IMG/VR virus record: IMGVR_UViG_3300045988_045315
DNA: 41,468 nucleotides
Direction: 5' to 3' (one strand)
Source of the DNA: a virus
A model generated the notes under the pieces. It was not told the DNA's origin. It made no database searches and saw nothing but the letters and a program-made list of their open reading frames with translations. The position numbers were made by a program, and so were the translations under genes. This document shows, piece by piece, positions 24,940 to 35,849 of the stretch (position 1 is the stretch's first letter; the number at the start of each line of letters is the position of its first letter).

Positions 24940-27900
24940 ATGGCAGACAACAATAACCCAATTAAATATTCGGATTTGGTAAGTCCCGATAATTCAATTA
25001 CTGATTTGATAAAGCAATTGGATGAGCTTTCGGACACATATACAAATGCGTTGAAAAATATTAGGACGGAAGCAATTCAGTTGGCGGCGGTTCTGCAAAA
25101 GGTTTCCGGAGCAACCGAGGACGGCAGAAATACAACCAAAAAAGCCGCAGACGATGCGGAACGTTTGGCTCGTGCGCAACGTGATTTGTCATTCGCCGAA
25201 AGCGAAAATGCAAAGAAGTTGGCGGAGTTAAAACTGGCACAGCAAGAAGCCAACCAAATAAACAAACTTGTTGTCAAAATCAATCAGTCAGCGGAGGGAA
25301 GTTACAATAAACTTTCAGCGCAATATTCTTTGAATAAAATCTATCTGAACAACATGACGAAAGCCGAGCGAGAAAATACCGAGGAGGGGCGGAAGTTGGT
25401 TGAGCAGACACGAGACATGTACGAAGAAATGAAGCGTTTGCAGGAGGCGACCGGGAAATATCAATTGAACGTTGGTAACTATACAGAAGCGTCCAACGCC
25501 ATAATTGCGTATGGCGATAAATTGAAACAAACGTTGGGGCTTAACAATTCATTCGGCGAAAGCCTTTTAGCCTTGGGTCGTGGCGGCACTGAAAGCAAGG
25601 AAGTATTTACAGCAATAGGCGATGGGGCAAAGGCATTGGGGAAAACTTTGTTGGGTTTGCTTTCAAACCCCGTATTTTTGGCAATTGCCGGGATTGCGGC
25701 GGCTGGTGCGGCGTTCAAGTGGTGGTACGATTACAACGCCGGATTAGTTGAGGCAACAAGGCTGACGCAACAATTTACCGGGAAAAGCGGCGATGATTTG
25801 AAAGCGTTTAGAAACGAGGTGCAAGCCGTTTCAGATTCGTTCGGCGCAGATTTCCAAGAAACACTGATTGCAACAAACGCATTGTCAAAACAGTTTGGTA
25901 TTTCTACGAATGAGGCGTTGGAATTGGTTAAAGATGGTTTTGTGTCCGGAGCAGATGCGAACGGGGAATTTTTAGACACGTTGAAAGAGTACCCGGCATA
26001 TTTTAAGGAGGCGGGAATATCCGCAGACCAATTTGTTGCCATTGTTGCCGAAACAAACAAAATGGGTATCTTCTCCGACAAGGGCGTTGACGCAATCAAG
26101 GAGGCGAATTTGCGTTTGCGTGAAATGACAACGGCGACGGCGGCGGCTTTGGACGGTATAGGCATTTCGTCGGAGCAAGTGCAGAAAGATTTGCAGACAG
26201 GAACCAAAACAACGTTTGATGTCATACAAGATGTTTCCGCAAAATTGGCAGAATTGCCGGATAATGCGGCAACGGTCGGGACTGCAATTGCAGACATATT
26301 CGGGGGTCCTGGAGAGGACGCTGGATTGCAGTATTTGCGTACACTCAAAGATATATCAACAAATATGGATGATGTGAAAGGGAAAGCTGGAGTTTTGGGG
26401 CAATTGCAAGAGGAACAATTGCAAAGCCAAATCGAGTTACAAAACGCATTGTCCGGGTTGTTTGATGCCACCGGAGGAAATTTTGAAACGTTGACAACGA
26501 AAGCAAAAGTTTTTGTGACCCAAGGATTGACGGCGATAATAAAAGGGGTTATTAATGTTATCAACTACTTTATTGAGCTATACAACGAAAGTGTTTTGAT
26601 ACGTGCGATTTGGAATGGAATTGTTACTGGATTCAAAAACGCATTTGATACGTTGGGAAATCTGTTTGGATTCTTTATTGATATAGTCAAAGCGACCGGG
26701 ACCGCATTAAAGGGAGCGTTCACGTTGAATTTTGACGACGTTAAAAAAGGATTGTCAGAGTATGCCGCAGCATACGGAAATTTGGTTAAAGCGCAAGTTA
26801 AAGACATGACAGAAAATTTCAAGGAGGGATTAGAGGGTATGCAGAAGAAAATAAAACCGTTAACAATCCCGGTTTCTGTCGGAGATGTCCCAACGCCCAA
26901 AACAGATAAGCCCGTGACGACGCAGAACCCAACCGTAACGAGGGGTAGAAACAAAACGAGAAAGACGGTAGGGCAGCAGACAAAGCAGATTGAAGCGGCT
27001 TATAGAAAGAATTTGGAAGCGACCCGAAAATTGCAGGACGCACAATTGCAGTTGGAAACCGACGAATGGGCAAAGCGTCGGAAACAAACGGAATATCAGT
27101 ATACACGGCAGATTGAGGATTTGCAACACCAATTACAGACCGAAAAGGATTTGAGCGAAACCGGGCGAGAGGCGATAAACGCAACGATTACGGCGTTGGA
27201 ACAACAGCAGACAAAGGCGTTGTTGAAAATAGAGCAAGAACGACAGTTGCAGGAATTGGCATTGCAGAAAGATGGCATTGAATTACGCTTGCAAGCGGTT
27301 AAGCAGGGAAGCGAGCAAGAACGACAATTGCGAATGCAGTTAATCGAGAATGAAAGGCAGACAGCATTGTTGCAGAATGCGCAAAAGCCGACCGGGCAAC
27401 AGCAGGACGTAGGAGTGATTAATGCTGGATTCGACGTTAAAAAAAGCGCAATCGCCGATGAATATTTGCAAGCGCAATTAAAGATCTTTGACCAACAGCA
27501 AGAATTGGCACAATCGGAATTTGATTTGTTAAGAAATTCGGAAGCACGGAAAACCCAATACCGTTTGCAAGCAGAAAAGGCACGTTTGCAAAAGGTTTTA
27601 GAATTAAACGAGCAAGCAGCGAATAAGTTGTCTGACATTGAGGTGCAAACAATCCAAAACACAATTAAAAAGATTGACCAAGAAATTGAACAGTCAAAAG
27701 GCGAGGAAAGAGGAACAGACATATACGGGTTATTCGGCTTGAATTTGGACGACGACCAAAAGGAAGCAATCAATACGTCAATGCAGTACGCATTGGATGC
27801 GCTAAATACATTTACGGCGGCACGTATTGCGGCGGCTGATGCAGCAGTTGAACAAGCAGACAAAGAAGTTTCCGCAGCACAATCGGCGTTGGATGCAGAA

Positions 27901-28587
27901 TTGGAAGCAAGGGCAAACGGGTACGCTAATAATGTAGCGCAGGCGCAAAAAGAGCTGGATTTGGCTAAAAAGAACCAAGAAAAGGCGTTGAAAGAACAGC
28001 AGAAAGCCCAAAAACAACAAGCAGCCATACAAGCGTTGCAGCAAATCGGAAATATGGTATCAGCAACGGCGTTGATTTGGTCGCAATTGGGTTTTCCGTT
28101 GGCAATCCCGGCAATTGCCGTAATGTGGGCAAGTTTTGCGGCGTCAAAAATCAAGGCGGCGCAACTGGCTAAACAGACCGGGGAGACTGGGGGGACGGAA
28201 ACGTACGGCGACGGAACGGTTGAATATTTGTCCGGAGGTTCGCACCAAAGCGGAAAAGATGTTGATTTAGGTACGAAGCCGGATGGCACCCGCAGACGTG
28301 CGGAGGGTGGAGAATTTTTTGCAGTAATAAACAAACGAGGTTCACGGCGTTTCCGAAAATTCATACCCGATATTATTAATAGTCTGAACCGAGGAACATT
28401 TGCCCAAAAATATCTAAATGCCTACAATCAAGACGGCGTTGTCATATCTGTTACCAATACCACGCAATCAATTGACGACCTTAAAAACGACGTAAGAGAA
28501 ATTAAGGAGCAGAACAAAAGACGGTATTACAACGACGGGACCGGGAAAGTTGTTGAAGTATATAAAAACCTAAAAAGACGTTATTAA
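24940..28587 (+). CDS. Tape-measure-like protein (or internal/ejection protein), about 1,215 aa
   Basis: Very long. It has extensive coiled coil and Gln-rich repeats plus hydrophobic segments (LLGLLSNPVFLAIAGIAAAGAAF; LGFPLAIPAIAVMWASFAA). First ATG; the track start at 24910 is TTG. Confidence 0.55.
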   Translation: MADNNNPIKYSDLVSPDNSITDLIKQLDELSDTYTNALKNIRTEAIQLAAVLQKVSGATEDGRNTTKKAADDAERLARAQRDLSFAESENAKKLAELKLAQQEANQINKLVVKINQSAEGSYNKLSAQYSLNKIYLNNMTKAERENTEEGRKLVEQTRDMYEEMKRLQEATGKYQLNVGNYTEASNAIIAYGDKLKQTLGLNNSFGESLLALGRGGTESKEVFTAIGDGAKALGKTLLGLLSNPVFLAIAGIAAAGAAFKWWYDYNAGLVEATRLTQQFTGKSGDDLKAFRNEVQAVSDSFGADFQETLIATNALSKQFGISTNEALELVKDGFVSGADANGEFLDTLKEYPAYFKEAGISADQFVAIVAETNKMGIFSDKGVDAIKEANLRLREMTTATAAALDGIGISSEQVQKDLQTGTKTTFDVIQDVSAKLAELPDNAATVGTAIADIFGGPGEDAGLQYLRTLKDISTNMDDVKGKAGVLGQLQEEQLQSQIELQNALSGLFDATGGNFETLTTKAKVFVTQGLTAIIKGVINVINYFIELYNESVLIRAIWNGIVTGFKNAFDTLGNLFGFFIDIVKATGTALKGAFTLNFDDVKKGLSEYAAAYGNLVKAQVKDMTENFKEGLEGMQKKIKPLTIPVSVGDVPTPKTDKPVTTQNPTVTRGRNKTRKTVGQQTKQIEAAYRKNLEATRKLQDAQLQLETDEWAKRRKQTEYQYTRQIEDLQHQLQTEKDLSETGREAINATITALEQQQTKALLKIEQERQLQELALQKDGIELRLQAVKQGSEQERQLRMQLIENERQTALLQNAQKPTGQQQDVGVINAGFDVKKSAIADEYLQAQLKIFDQQQELAQSEFDLLRNSEARKTQYRLQAEKARLQKVLELNEQAANKLSDIEVQTIQNTIKKIDQEIEQSKGEERGTDIYGLFGLNLDDDQKEAINTSMQYALDALNTFTAARIAAADAAVEQADKEVSAAQSALDAELEARANGYANNVAQAQKELDLAKKNQEKALKEQQKAQKQQAAIQALQQIGNMVSATALIWSQLGFPLAIPAIAVMWASFAASKIKAAQLAKQTGETGGTETYGDGTVEYLSGGSHQSGKDVDLGTKPDGTRRRAEGGEFFAVINKRGSRRFRKFIPDIINSLNRGTFAQKYLNAYNQDGVVISVTNTTQSIDDLKNDVREIKEQNKRRYYNDGTGKVVEVYKNLKRRY

Positions 28588-28588
28588 C

Positions 28589-31075
28589 ATGAAGAAGTAC
28601 AGATTCTTTTTTACAAATGCCTTTTGGAATTATGGCTATATAGTCAACAATTCCGGAAATTTTGTCGAATTGGCTAATTGGGCGTATTCTGATTTTATCG
28701 GCATTGAACGCTATGGGGGCAATATACTATTTTCGTATCTGTCAACAAGCGGAGGTTGTTTTTATGATGCGGATTACAAGTATATAAGCGGATTTGGCGG
28801 AAGCGGAACAAACGTTTCAATACCGATACCAAGCGGGGCGAAATATATGCGATGTAATATGCAAATATCGGATATTGCCAACGGCACAGCGTCAGCAGTA
28901 CAAGAGCTTGTTGGCGTAAATATGCTTGAACGGACAGAGTGTTTTCCAATTTATAAAGATGATTTGGCAAAGGATTATGAGTTGGAAACAAACCAAAGAT
29001 TTTACCGGGCGAAATTGTCCAGTAAAATAACCTTTATTAGAAATGATTGGCAGTATATCAAATTGAAACCGTTTGATAATGTTTTTAATTTGATTGTTGA
29101 AATAACGAATGATTACGGACAAACTTATGATCCTTATTATAAATGCCAGTTCATGAAAACCGATTGCACATTTAATGATGACGACAAAACCGTTGAAGTA
29201 CAGCTGGAAACAGTGGATGAATATAATAACGTATTGGCTGGTTTGGAAAAGGAGTATAATTTGATTGAGTTAGCCCCGGAAATTCAGTTTGTAAATATAA
29301 AAAAACGTCCTTTAATTCAAATATACGTCCCTGGTGATAGTATCGTTTCTTGTTTTTTGGGCGGGACAAATTGGGAGCAAGACGCAAACGCTGTCACAGA
29401 CCAAAACGCCTTAGTTCATACGTATTATTTCGCCTTGTGTAATGTCTTGAAAGAGATACAGATAACGGGAGACACGAACCCAAACGTAAACGGGTTATAT
29501 ACGGGTAGATTGACAGAGGCAGACAAACCCGGTTCATTAACGGGTAAATTGTATTCGCCTGATAACGACGATTACTATATTAATGTTATGCAGGGGAAAA
29601 TCCAAGGCACCCCATTTGGGGCTGTTTCCGTTGCGATAGTTAGAATTTCAGACGATAAGATTTTGTATTCTTGGACGAGGTTAACAACTGGAGAACCTTT
29701 TGATATTTTGGAATTTGATATTCCGGCAGCAGATGGAAGTGGCGCAACTGGGACAGCCCATGCGGATATGAAGAGCTATAACGTATATGCACGGTATTTG
29801 TGCGATGTTGACAAAATCGACGATTTGAATACATATCCGATACCAAGCAGTGATATTGTAGACAATAACAGGAATTATCATAGGGCGATAGGGTATGCAA
29901 TAGATGTTGCATATTTGTCAAACAGATATTCAGACGAACCCACGCCGTACGGGCGTGCTGATAATGATAAATATTTTGTTCCGCCATATTCTATATATGG
30001 ACAAAAGTTTTATCCAATTGCACGTTCAACGTGGCGTTATGCGTCGTTGTGGTTTGGATTTTATATGTTCGATTGGATAGAGGAGAAAAAAGCACGAAAG
30101 ACATACACGTTGCGTGACACATTCAGTTTAGCGTCATGTATAAATGTTCTGTTGCGGCAGTTCGCCCCGGAAATTAAGCATGAGGCAACACCGGAGTATA
30201 GCCAATTCCTTTATTCGTCGAGCAATCCAATATCAAATTGGACGTTTCGTTTGTTCATAAGCCCAAAAAGCAATATTGTAAACGGGGAATATCAGACCCC
30301 AGCGCAAAAGGCACCAATAACATTGCAGCAAATTACGAACATGCTGCGTGATACGTTCAAATGCTACTGGTATATCGAGGATGGCAAGTTTAAAATTGAG
30401 CAAATAAAGTGGTTCCTAAATGGTGGTTCTTATAGTTCAACGCCGATTATTGGTTATGATTTGACGGAATTAGAAAACGTCAGAAATGGGAAAAAATGGG
30501 CGTTCGCAACGTCAGAATATTCGTTTGATAAGGTAGATATGGCGGAAAGATTTCAATTTGAATGGATGGACGACGTTACAGAACCTTTTGAGGGGTTGCC
30601 AATTGAAGTTACATCTAAATATGTGACAGCGGGCAAAATCGAGGAAATAAACATATCAAATTTTACGTCTGATATTGATTTGATGTTATTAAACCCCTCC
30701 GCAATTAGTCCCGATGGTTTTGCGTTGTTCGCAGCCGTGCAAAACGGTACGACGTGGGAATTACCATTTACTAAACAAACCGTTGATGGGGCAGACTATT
30801 ATTTGCAGAATGGTTTTTTGGCTTATATCAACATACAGCCTATTTACTGGTTGTATGATATGCCAGCAAAGAATTTGATTATTAATGGAATAGGAAAATA
30901 TGCAATAAGTGTTGAACGAAAGAAAAAACAAACAATCAATTTCCCGGCGGGGAAAACAGAACCAAATCCCATGCAATTAGTTAAAACATTCATTGGGAAT
31001 GGGCAAGTTGACAAACTTTCAGTAAATTTGTGTAGTAGAAGTATTAAAGCAACATTGAAATATGATACAGAATAA
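28589..31075 (+). CDS. Tail/baseplate-associated structural protein (828 aa, putative)
   Basis: Position immediately after the tape-measure-like gene. No motif recognised. Confidence 0.5.
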   Translation: MKKYRFFFTNAFWNYGYIVNNSGNFVELANWAYSDFIGIERYGGNILFSYLSTSGGCFYDADYKYISGFGGSGTNVSIPIPSGAKYMRCNMQISDIANGTASAVQELVGVNMLERTECFPIYKDDLAKDYELETNQRFYRAKLSSKITFIRNDWQYIKLKPFDNVFNLIVEITNDYGQTYDPYYKCQFMKTDCTFNDDDKTVEVQLETVDEYNNVLAGLEKEYNLIELAPEIQFVNIKKRPLIQIYVPGDSIVSCFLGGTNWEQDANAVTDQNALVHTYYFALCNVLKEIQITGDTNPNVNGLYTGRLTEADKPGSLTGKLYSPDNDDYYINVMQGKIQGTPFGAVSVAIVRISDDKILYSWTRLTTGEPFDILEFDIPAADGSGATGTAHADMKSYNVYARYLCDVDKIDDLNTYPIPSSDIVDNNRNYHRAIGYAIDVAYLSNRYSDEPTPYGRADNDKYFVPPYSIYGQKFYPIARSTWRYASLWFGFYMFDWIEEKKARKTYTLRDTFSLASCINVLLRQFAPEIKHEATPEYSQFLYSSSNPISNWTFRLFISPKSNIVNGEYQTPAQKAPITLQQITNMLRDTFKCYWYIEDGKFKIEQIKWFLNGGSYSSTPIIGYDLTELENVRNGKKWAFATSEYSFDKVDMAERFQFEWMDDVTEPFEGLPIEVTSKYVTAGKIEEINISNFTSDIDLMLLNPSAISPDGFALFAAVQNGTTWELPFTKQTVDGADYYLQNGFLAYINIQPIYWLYDMPAKNLIINGIGKYAISVERKKKQTINFPAGKTEPNPMQLVKTFIGNGQVDKLSVNLCSRSIKATLKYDTE

Positions 31076-31916
31076 TAATACAAGCGTTTTGCCGTGGTAC
31101 ACGTCAATAGAACAGCAGAACCACCGGAAAAGTTACGCATACGGGCGAATATACCCATTGTTTGCCCCGGCAGACCGATTGTTGCCGTTCCAAATAATAA
31201 GAAAGACACGTGAAAATAATGTCACGTCGGTTGTCATGTACGATAAGACCGGACAACAAATTGCAGATATAATTTCAAACATGATTAATACCGGATTGCA
31301 AGTTGTCCGGTTTCAGTCATTGGGCTATGATGTCATACTATACCCGGCAATATTACCCATGCCATTAAACCAGCTTGACGGAATCTATTATTTGCGGTTA
31401 TCTGATGGCGTTCAGACATGGTATTCCGAAATGTTTACGGTTGTGCAAGACGTTTCCGGATATTTGAGAATTGATTGGTGGGACATTGAAAATTTAGTAT
31501 TTGACGCTGGGCAAATAGTGTATAGGAACCCGACTTTCAAAAATATCTTATATCTTTGCACAGAGTTAGGAAAGCCGGATTACGAATTTGAAGAGGACGG
31601 AGAAGAAAGGGATGGCTATTTTTTCCCGGAAAAACAAATATCTGTAAAGACGTTCAAATGTACTATATTGGCACCGGAATACTTATGCGATGTCATGCGA
31701 TTCATTCGTATGGCTGATTATATACATATAACGGATAAATACGGCAGGGAATACTATTGCGACACGTTCTTAATTACCCCAAAATGGCAGACGCAGGGAG
31801 ATTTGGCGAGCGTGGAAATAGAGTTTAAGACGGCAACCGTCGTTAAAAAGATAGGGCAATTGGTAGAGCCGATAAGCGGGGATTTTAATAACGATTTCAA
31901 TAACGATTTTCAATAA
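31062..31916 (+). CDS. Tail-associated protein (284 aa, putative)
   Basis: Position only. The C-terminus has DFNNDFNNDFQ tandem tetrapeptides. Confidence 0.5.
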   Translation: MIQNNNTSVLPWYTSIEQQNHRKSYAYGRIYPLFAPADRLLPFQIIRKTRENNVTSVVMYDKTGQQIADIISNMINTGLQVVRFQSLGYDVILYPAILPMPLNQLDGIYYLRLSDGVQTWYSEMFTVVQDVSGYLRIDWWDIENLVFDAGQIVYRNPTFKNILYLCTELGKPDYEFEEDGEERDGYFFPEKQISVKTFKCTILAPEYLCDVMRFIRMADYIHITDKYGREYYCDTFLITPKWQTQGDLASVEIEFKTATVVKKIGQLVEPISGDFNNDFNNDFQ

Positions 31917-31934
31917 CGATTAAAGCATTTAATT

Positions 31935-34346
31935 ATGACGAATTGGACTAAACTAAAGAAAGCGATTGCCGATGTGATTAAGACCAACGGCAACCGAGAG
32001 ATTACGGGCGCAATAATGCAGCATACACTGATAAGCATTGTTGATAACTTGGGCGACAATGCCCAGTTCGGCGGCGTGGCTGTGCCAAGCACGGTGCCGG
32101 CAGATACGGACGGCAGTCTGTTCTATCTCGCCGCCACACAAGGCACATACCCGAACTTCAACAACATCGAAGTCGATGCGTCCGAAATGGCGGTTTTCAC
32201 TAAGGACACAGCCGGAACGTGGGTCAAGGCAAGTTTGCCCATACAACATCCGACTATCAAAAAGCCCTTGTTGATGGGGGGTAATGTAGCCGCCGTTACA
32301 AAAGGTACAGGCGTGGTTCTTTCAGTGCCGACACTTAATGCCGACGGCACGGAAGCAGCTTCCGAATTGAGCATTGAAGCGGCGACACCAGCAAACAATG
32401 GTGCGATGACGAAAGAGCAAGTTAATACATTGAAAGAGGTGGACGACTTCTATACAAATATGACGGATTATGTTATCGGCGACAATGATGACGCAGCTTT
32501 GATAAACGTTGAAACTACACAGCAAGATGAAATAATCTTGAAATATAAAACACTTGATATCGTTAATGGCAGTAAAGCGGAAAAGACCAAGGCTATTCCG
32601 GCAGTTAGCCCCGGTAACGGTACAGCAGGAGCTGCGGGAATGAGCCTTGTACATGATATTCCTTACTTCTTTGATTTTTATGAATCCGGCTTTACATCCT
32701 TGCCGGACGGTTCGGATATAACCAAGGCACTTCTCCCGAAATTCCAAACAAGTTTTGATGTATTCGACGACTTATATATCGATGTCCCGGCAATACAGAA
32801 TAAAGTATTTGCCAATCCGAAAGCCGGGGACCGTATACTAATAGGCTCATTATCGGGAGTGCCTGTTCGTACTGCGCCACTGTGGGCTACTGTTACAAGT
32901 GCGCAACGCATAAGCGGTGTATATTCGGTTACTGTAGAATATGACGGCGATACTTATATTTTTGCTTATACTACATCTAACGATACGGCAACATTGGAAG
33001 TGCCGTGGAGCAAGGTTTCGCCGAAACGTAATATATATACAAGTGATATTAAAAGCCTCACGCCCGATTTGTCAGAAGCCAACATAAAAAATTTATTGAC
33101 ACCGAAGGTTTATAGGATGTACAGCGTGGTATACCCGGTAAAACCGCAAACCGGTGACTTAATGGAGGAAGTTACGGATGATGAATCAAGATTTATCACA
33201 ATCACCGCATTGCGCAACCAAGAGGATCCGGACGAATATACAGATATACTCATACCGGAATCCGGCACGGCTAATGCGTATACAAGAATAGTATTGAAAA
33301 ATGACCTTACTGCTGTAAAGAGTAATAATCCATACTATATACTCCAAACTTGTAAAAGAGAATACGATGGTGATTTATTATTGGCACTTGATACGGTAAA
33401 GGCTGTAACAATAGAAAATTCAATTACGGAGGCGTACTCGTTCTCTATTGCGGGAAGAAACACAGGATTAGCGGCGCAACTTCCCGAAGTGGGCGATTTG
33501 ATAACAACAGGAGGCTATCGGGCGCCTGTCTGTGACGTTTTTGTGGAGCCGCGCACCTTTGTACAGCACACGAGATGGTTCTCCAACGGCAAACTCTATG
33601 AGGTTCTTGTAACTACAGCATTAACACGTGTACCCGAAGACCCTAAGGTTATATATGATACCACCTTCGGCACACTCCGTGACTTGTACATCTCTGCGGG
33701 TGCGAAGTACAACGAGGCAACAGGGTACTATGAGTTGAACGGATTGACGGACATTACCGAGGAGGAAATGAGGGCGATATACACGCAATGGCAAAAAGAT
33801 GTTGGAACTGCGTCACATAATGCAGGATGGCTAACACTACCTCCGAAAATGCGTACAAATTTACCAAGTCTATATCGAGCAGATTTAATAAGCGCATTAT
33901 CTAACGGCATAGGCGGTTCATCTGTGGAAGTCCTCTGTATTGCGGAGCAATCGAACGATACCCGTGTTATGTATGTAGCTTCAACACAAGCTGTTGCACA
34001 AAAAGATATGCCGAAGTTAAGGAGAGTTATTGGGGTTTGGCGTTACAATGATAATAATCCGTCTAATTTCAATTTCTCCTATGGGCAACCGTTCGGCAAA
34101 TGCCCATTACTCGAAGAGATAAGAATGGCGAGAATCAACAAGTCACACACTTTTGCAGTGTCGCCCAATCTCAGCAAGGAATCAGTGTTGTATATGATAA
34201 CTAACGCCAACCCACCGAGCGGAGCGGCAGCAGGCAGCATAGCAATCACACTCCATCCCACCGCCTATGCCCGTCTGAAAGATGATGCCGACATAGTGGC
34301 GGCGTTGGAGGCAAAAGGGGGAATTGTAACATTAGTATCAGCATAA
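31935..34346 (+). CDS. Tail fibre / receptor-binding protein (803 aa, putative)
   Basis: Position, size and a beta-rich, repeat-like C-terminal half. Base composition switches sharply about 100 nt into the gene. Confidence 0.6.
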   Translation: MTNWTKLKKAIADVIKTNGNREITGAIMQHTLISIVDNLGDNAQFGGVAVPSTVPADTDGSLFYLAATQGTYPNFNNIEVDASEMAVFTKDTAGTWVKASLPIQHPTIKKPLLMGGNVAAVTKGTGVVLSVPTLNADGTEAASELSIEAATPANNGAMTKEQVNTLKEVDDFYTNMTDYVIGDNDDAALINVETTQQDEIILKYKTLDIVNGSKAEKTKAIPAVSPGNGTAGAAGMSLVHDIPYFFDFYESGFTSLPDGSDITKALLPKFQTSFDVFDDLYIDVPAIQNKVFANPKAGDRILIGSLSGVPVRTAPLWATVTSAQRISGVYSVTVEYDGDTYIFAYTTSNDTATLEVPWSKVSPKRNIYTSDIKSLTPDLSEANIKNLLTPKVYRMYSVVYPVKPQTGDLMEEVTDDESRFITITALRNQEDPDEYTDILIPESGTANAYTRIVLKNDLTAVKSNNPYYILQTCKREYDGDLLLALDTVKAVTIENSITEAYSFSIAGRNTGLAAQLPEVGDLITTGGYRAPVCDVFVEPRTFVQHTRWFSNGKLYEVLVTTALTRVPEDPKVIYDTTFGTLRDLYISAGAKYNEATGYYELNGLTDITEEEMRAIYTQWQKDVGTASHNAGWLTLPPKMRTNLPSLYRADLISALSNGIGGSSVEVLCIAEQSNDTRVMYVASTQAVAQKDMPKLRRVIGVWRYNDNNPSNFNFSYGQPFGKCPLLEEIRMARINKSHTFAVSPNLSKESVLYMITNANPPSGAAAGSIAITLHPTAYARLKDDADIVAALEAKGGIVTLVSA

Positions 34347-34358
34347 AAAACAAGAATT

Positions 34359-34682
34359 ATGATTACGAACCAGAACAACGAGATTTTCAGCACGGCGGGG
34401 AAGTACGTGCATATCATAGGAACAAACAATTATTTCAAACGGGGACTTGCTATCGGTCTGTCAGTAGAGCAGTGCGAGGAAGTGGATGAAATACCTAATA
34501 TTAGGAATGAAGAAGACTACGGAAACCAAGTGAATGACTTAATTAGACGTAGGTATTCTTTAAGTGAGGAACTGGGTATATTAAGACAAAAAGACGAAAA
34601 GCCCGAAGAATATCGGGTATATTTCGCTTTTTGCGAAGAATGCAAGGCTAAAGCCAAATTAGAATTGGGACAAAATAAGTAA
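34359..34682 (+). CDS. Hypothetical protein (107 aa), possible fibre accessory or assembly factor
   Basis: Position directly after the fibre gene. It shares the fibre gene's codon style (CTG/CTT Leu). Confidence 0.5.
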   Translation: MITNQNNEIFSTAGKYVHIIGTNNYFKRGLAIGLSVEQCEEVDEIPNIRNEEDYGNQVNDLIRRRYSLSEELGILRQKDEKPEEYRVYFAFCEECKAKAKLELGQNK

Positions 34683-34691
34683 AAAAATCGG

Positions 34692-34716
34692 GGGGAAATC
34701 ACGGGTAAATTTCCCC
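34692..34716 (+). terminator. Hairpin GGGGAAAT-N9-ATTTCCCC, weak terminator candidate
   Basis: Perfect 8-bp stem, but the downstream tract (TATTAAAATAAAAAA) is not U-rich. Confidence 0.3.
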
Positions 34717-34735
34717 TATTAAAATAAAAAAGAAA

Positions 34736-35260
34736 ATGATTGATAAATTGAATTTGGAACAATGGCGTATTATCGTCATTTCCACGGTTAGCCCGGTATT
34801 GGGGTATCTAACCCCCACAAAGGGTTTTGTCTATGCTTTGGTTGTGATGTTTGCGTTCAACATTTGGGCGGGAATGAGGGCGGACGGCGTGGCAATTGTG
34901 CGATGCAAAAACTTTTCGTTCCGCAAGTTTAAAAACGCATTGTGCGAATTGCTTTTGTATCTGTTTATTGTGGAGGCGATTTTTGTAATCATGAAGAATT
35001 GCGGCGACGACCAAGCGGCAATTGTCGTTGTCAAAACGCTAACGTATGTTTTTATGTATGTGTATTTACAAAATGCGTTCCGCAATCTGATTGTTGCCTA
35101 CCCCAAGGAATTGGCGTTACGTATTATATACCATGTTATAAGATTGGAATTTGCAAGGGCTTTGCCGTCGCATTTGCAACCGATAATTGAAAGGTTAGAA
35201 AAAGAGTTTGGGGACGACCCGGATAAAATTAAAAACGATAAAAAGAAAGGAGAAAAATAA
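34736..35260 (+). CDS. Holin-like membrane protein
   Basis: Three to four hydrophobic helices and a charged C-terminus, directly upstream of the amidase. Confidence 0.55.
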   Translation: MIDKLNLEQWRIIVISTVSPVLGYLTPTKGFVYALVVMFAFNIWAGMRADGVAIVRCKNFSFRKFKNALCELLLYLFIVEAIFVIMKNCGDDQAAIVVVKTLTYVFMYVYLQNAFRNLIVAYPKELALRIIYHVIRLEFARALPSHLQPIIERLEKEFGDDPDKIKNDKKKGEK

Positions 35261-35261
35261 A

Positions 35262-35849
35262 ATGAGTAAAGTTATAATTCTTGACAACGGACACGGAAAA
35301 GAAACAGCCGGGAAGCGTTCCCCGGTTTGGGGCGACGGTTCCCAGTTGTTCGAATGGAAGTTTAACCGTGACATTGTACGCCGCATTGCGGCGATGTTAA
35401 AAGCCGATGGCGTAAAGTTTGAAATTTTGGTGCCGGAACAAACCGACATATCATTGACGGAACGTTGCCGCCGTGCAAACGTTATCCACGCAGGTTGTGG
35501 CAACAATGCCGTTTTGTTCAGCGTCCACGGGAACGCCGGGGGCGGCACTGGGTGGGAATGCTATACCAGCGCAGGGCAAACGAAAGCGGATGCAATAGCA
35601 ACCATACTTTGTAAAGAGGCGGAAAAAGAGTTTGCCCCGGATGGTTGGAAAATGCGCTTTGACCATACAGACGGCGATCCGGACAAAGAAAGCCAATTCT
35701 ACATTCTACGCCATACAGCTTGCCCAGCGGTATTGTCCGAAAACTTTTTCTTCGATAATGAAAAGGATTGCCGTTTGATGCTATCGGATGCAGGGCGTGA
35801 GCGTATCGCAAAAATTCATTATTTAGCCATTAAAAAGATTTTGAAATGA
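35262..35849 (+). CDS. N-acetylmuramoyl-L-alanine amidase (Amidase_3-type endolysin)
   Basis: ILDNGHGKETAGKRS, FSVHGNAGGG and PAVLSENFFFDN match the zinc-amidase motifs. The ATG lies 1 nt after the holin stop. Confidence 0.85.
   Translation: MSKVIILDNGHGKETAGKRSPVWGDGSQLFEWKFNRDIVRRIAAMLKADGVKFEILVPEQTDISLTERCRRANVIHAGCGNNAVLFSVHGNAGGGTGWECYTSAGQTKADAIATILCKEAEKEFAPDGWKMRFDHTDGDPDKESQFYILRHTACPAVLSENFFFDNEKDCRLMLSDAGRERIAKIHYLAIKKILK

Noticed and set aside
27096-28364. Long minus-strand ORFs (422 aa here; also 25731-26564, 12759-13370, 5897-6514, 36108-36878, 19405-20023)
   Set aside because: Each lies wholly antisense to a strongly supported + strand gene. The predicted proteins are low-complexity and rich in Ser, Cys, Ala and Phe. 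Each lacks promoter or terminator context. These are typical shadow ORFs of biased coding sequence.
31875-31916. Tandem 12-nt repeats encoding DFNNDFNNDFQ at the end of 31062..31916
   Set aside because: Short, imperfect and confined to the gene terminus. Probably simple low-complexity sequence with no separate function.
31935-34346. Diversity-generating retroelement targeting the tail fibre
   Set aside because: No reverse transcriptase ORF (no YxDD-type motif seen) and no template or variable repeat pair noticed anywhere in the window.
34895-34915. 13-nt match ATGCAAAAACTTT shared between the holin gene and the late promoter at 15815
   Set aside because: A match of this length is expected by chance several times in a 41-kb AT-biased genome, and the context is coding.
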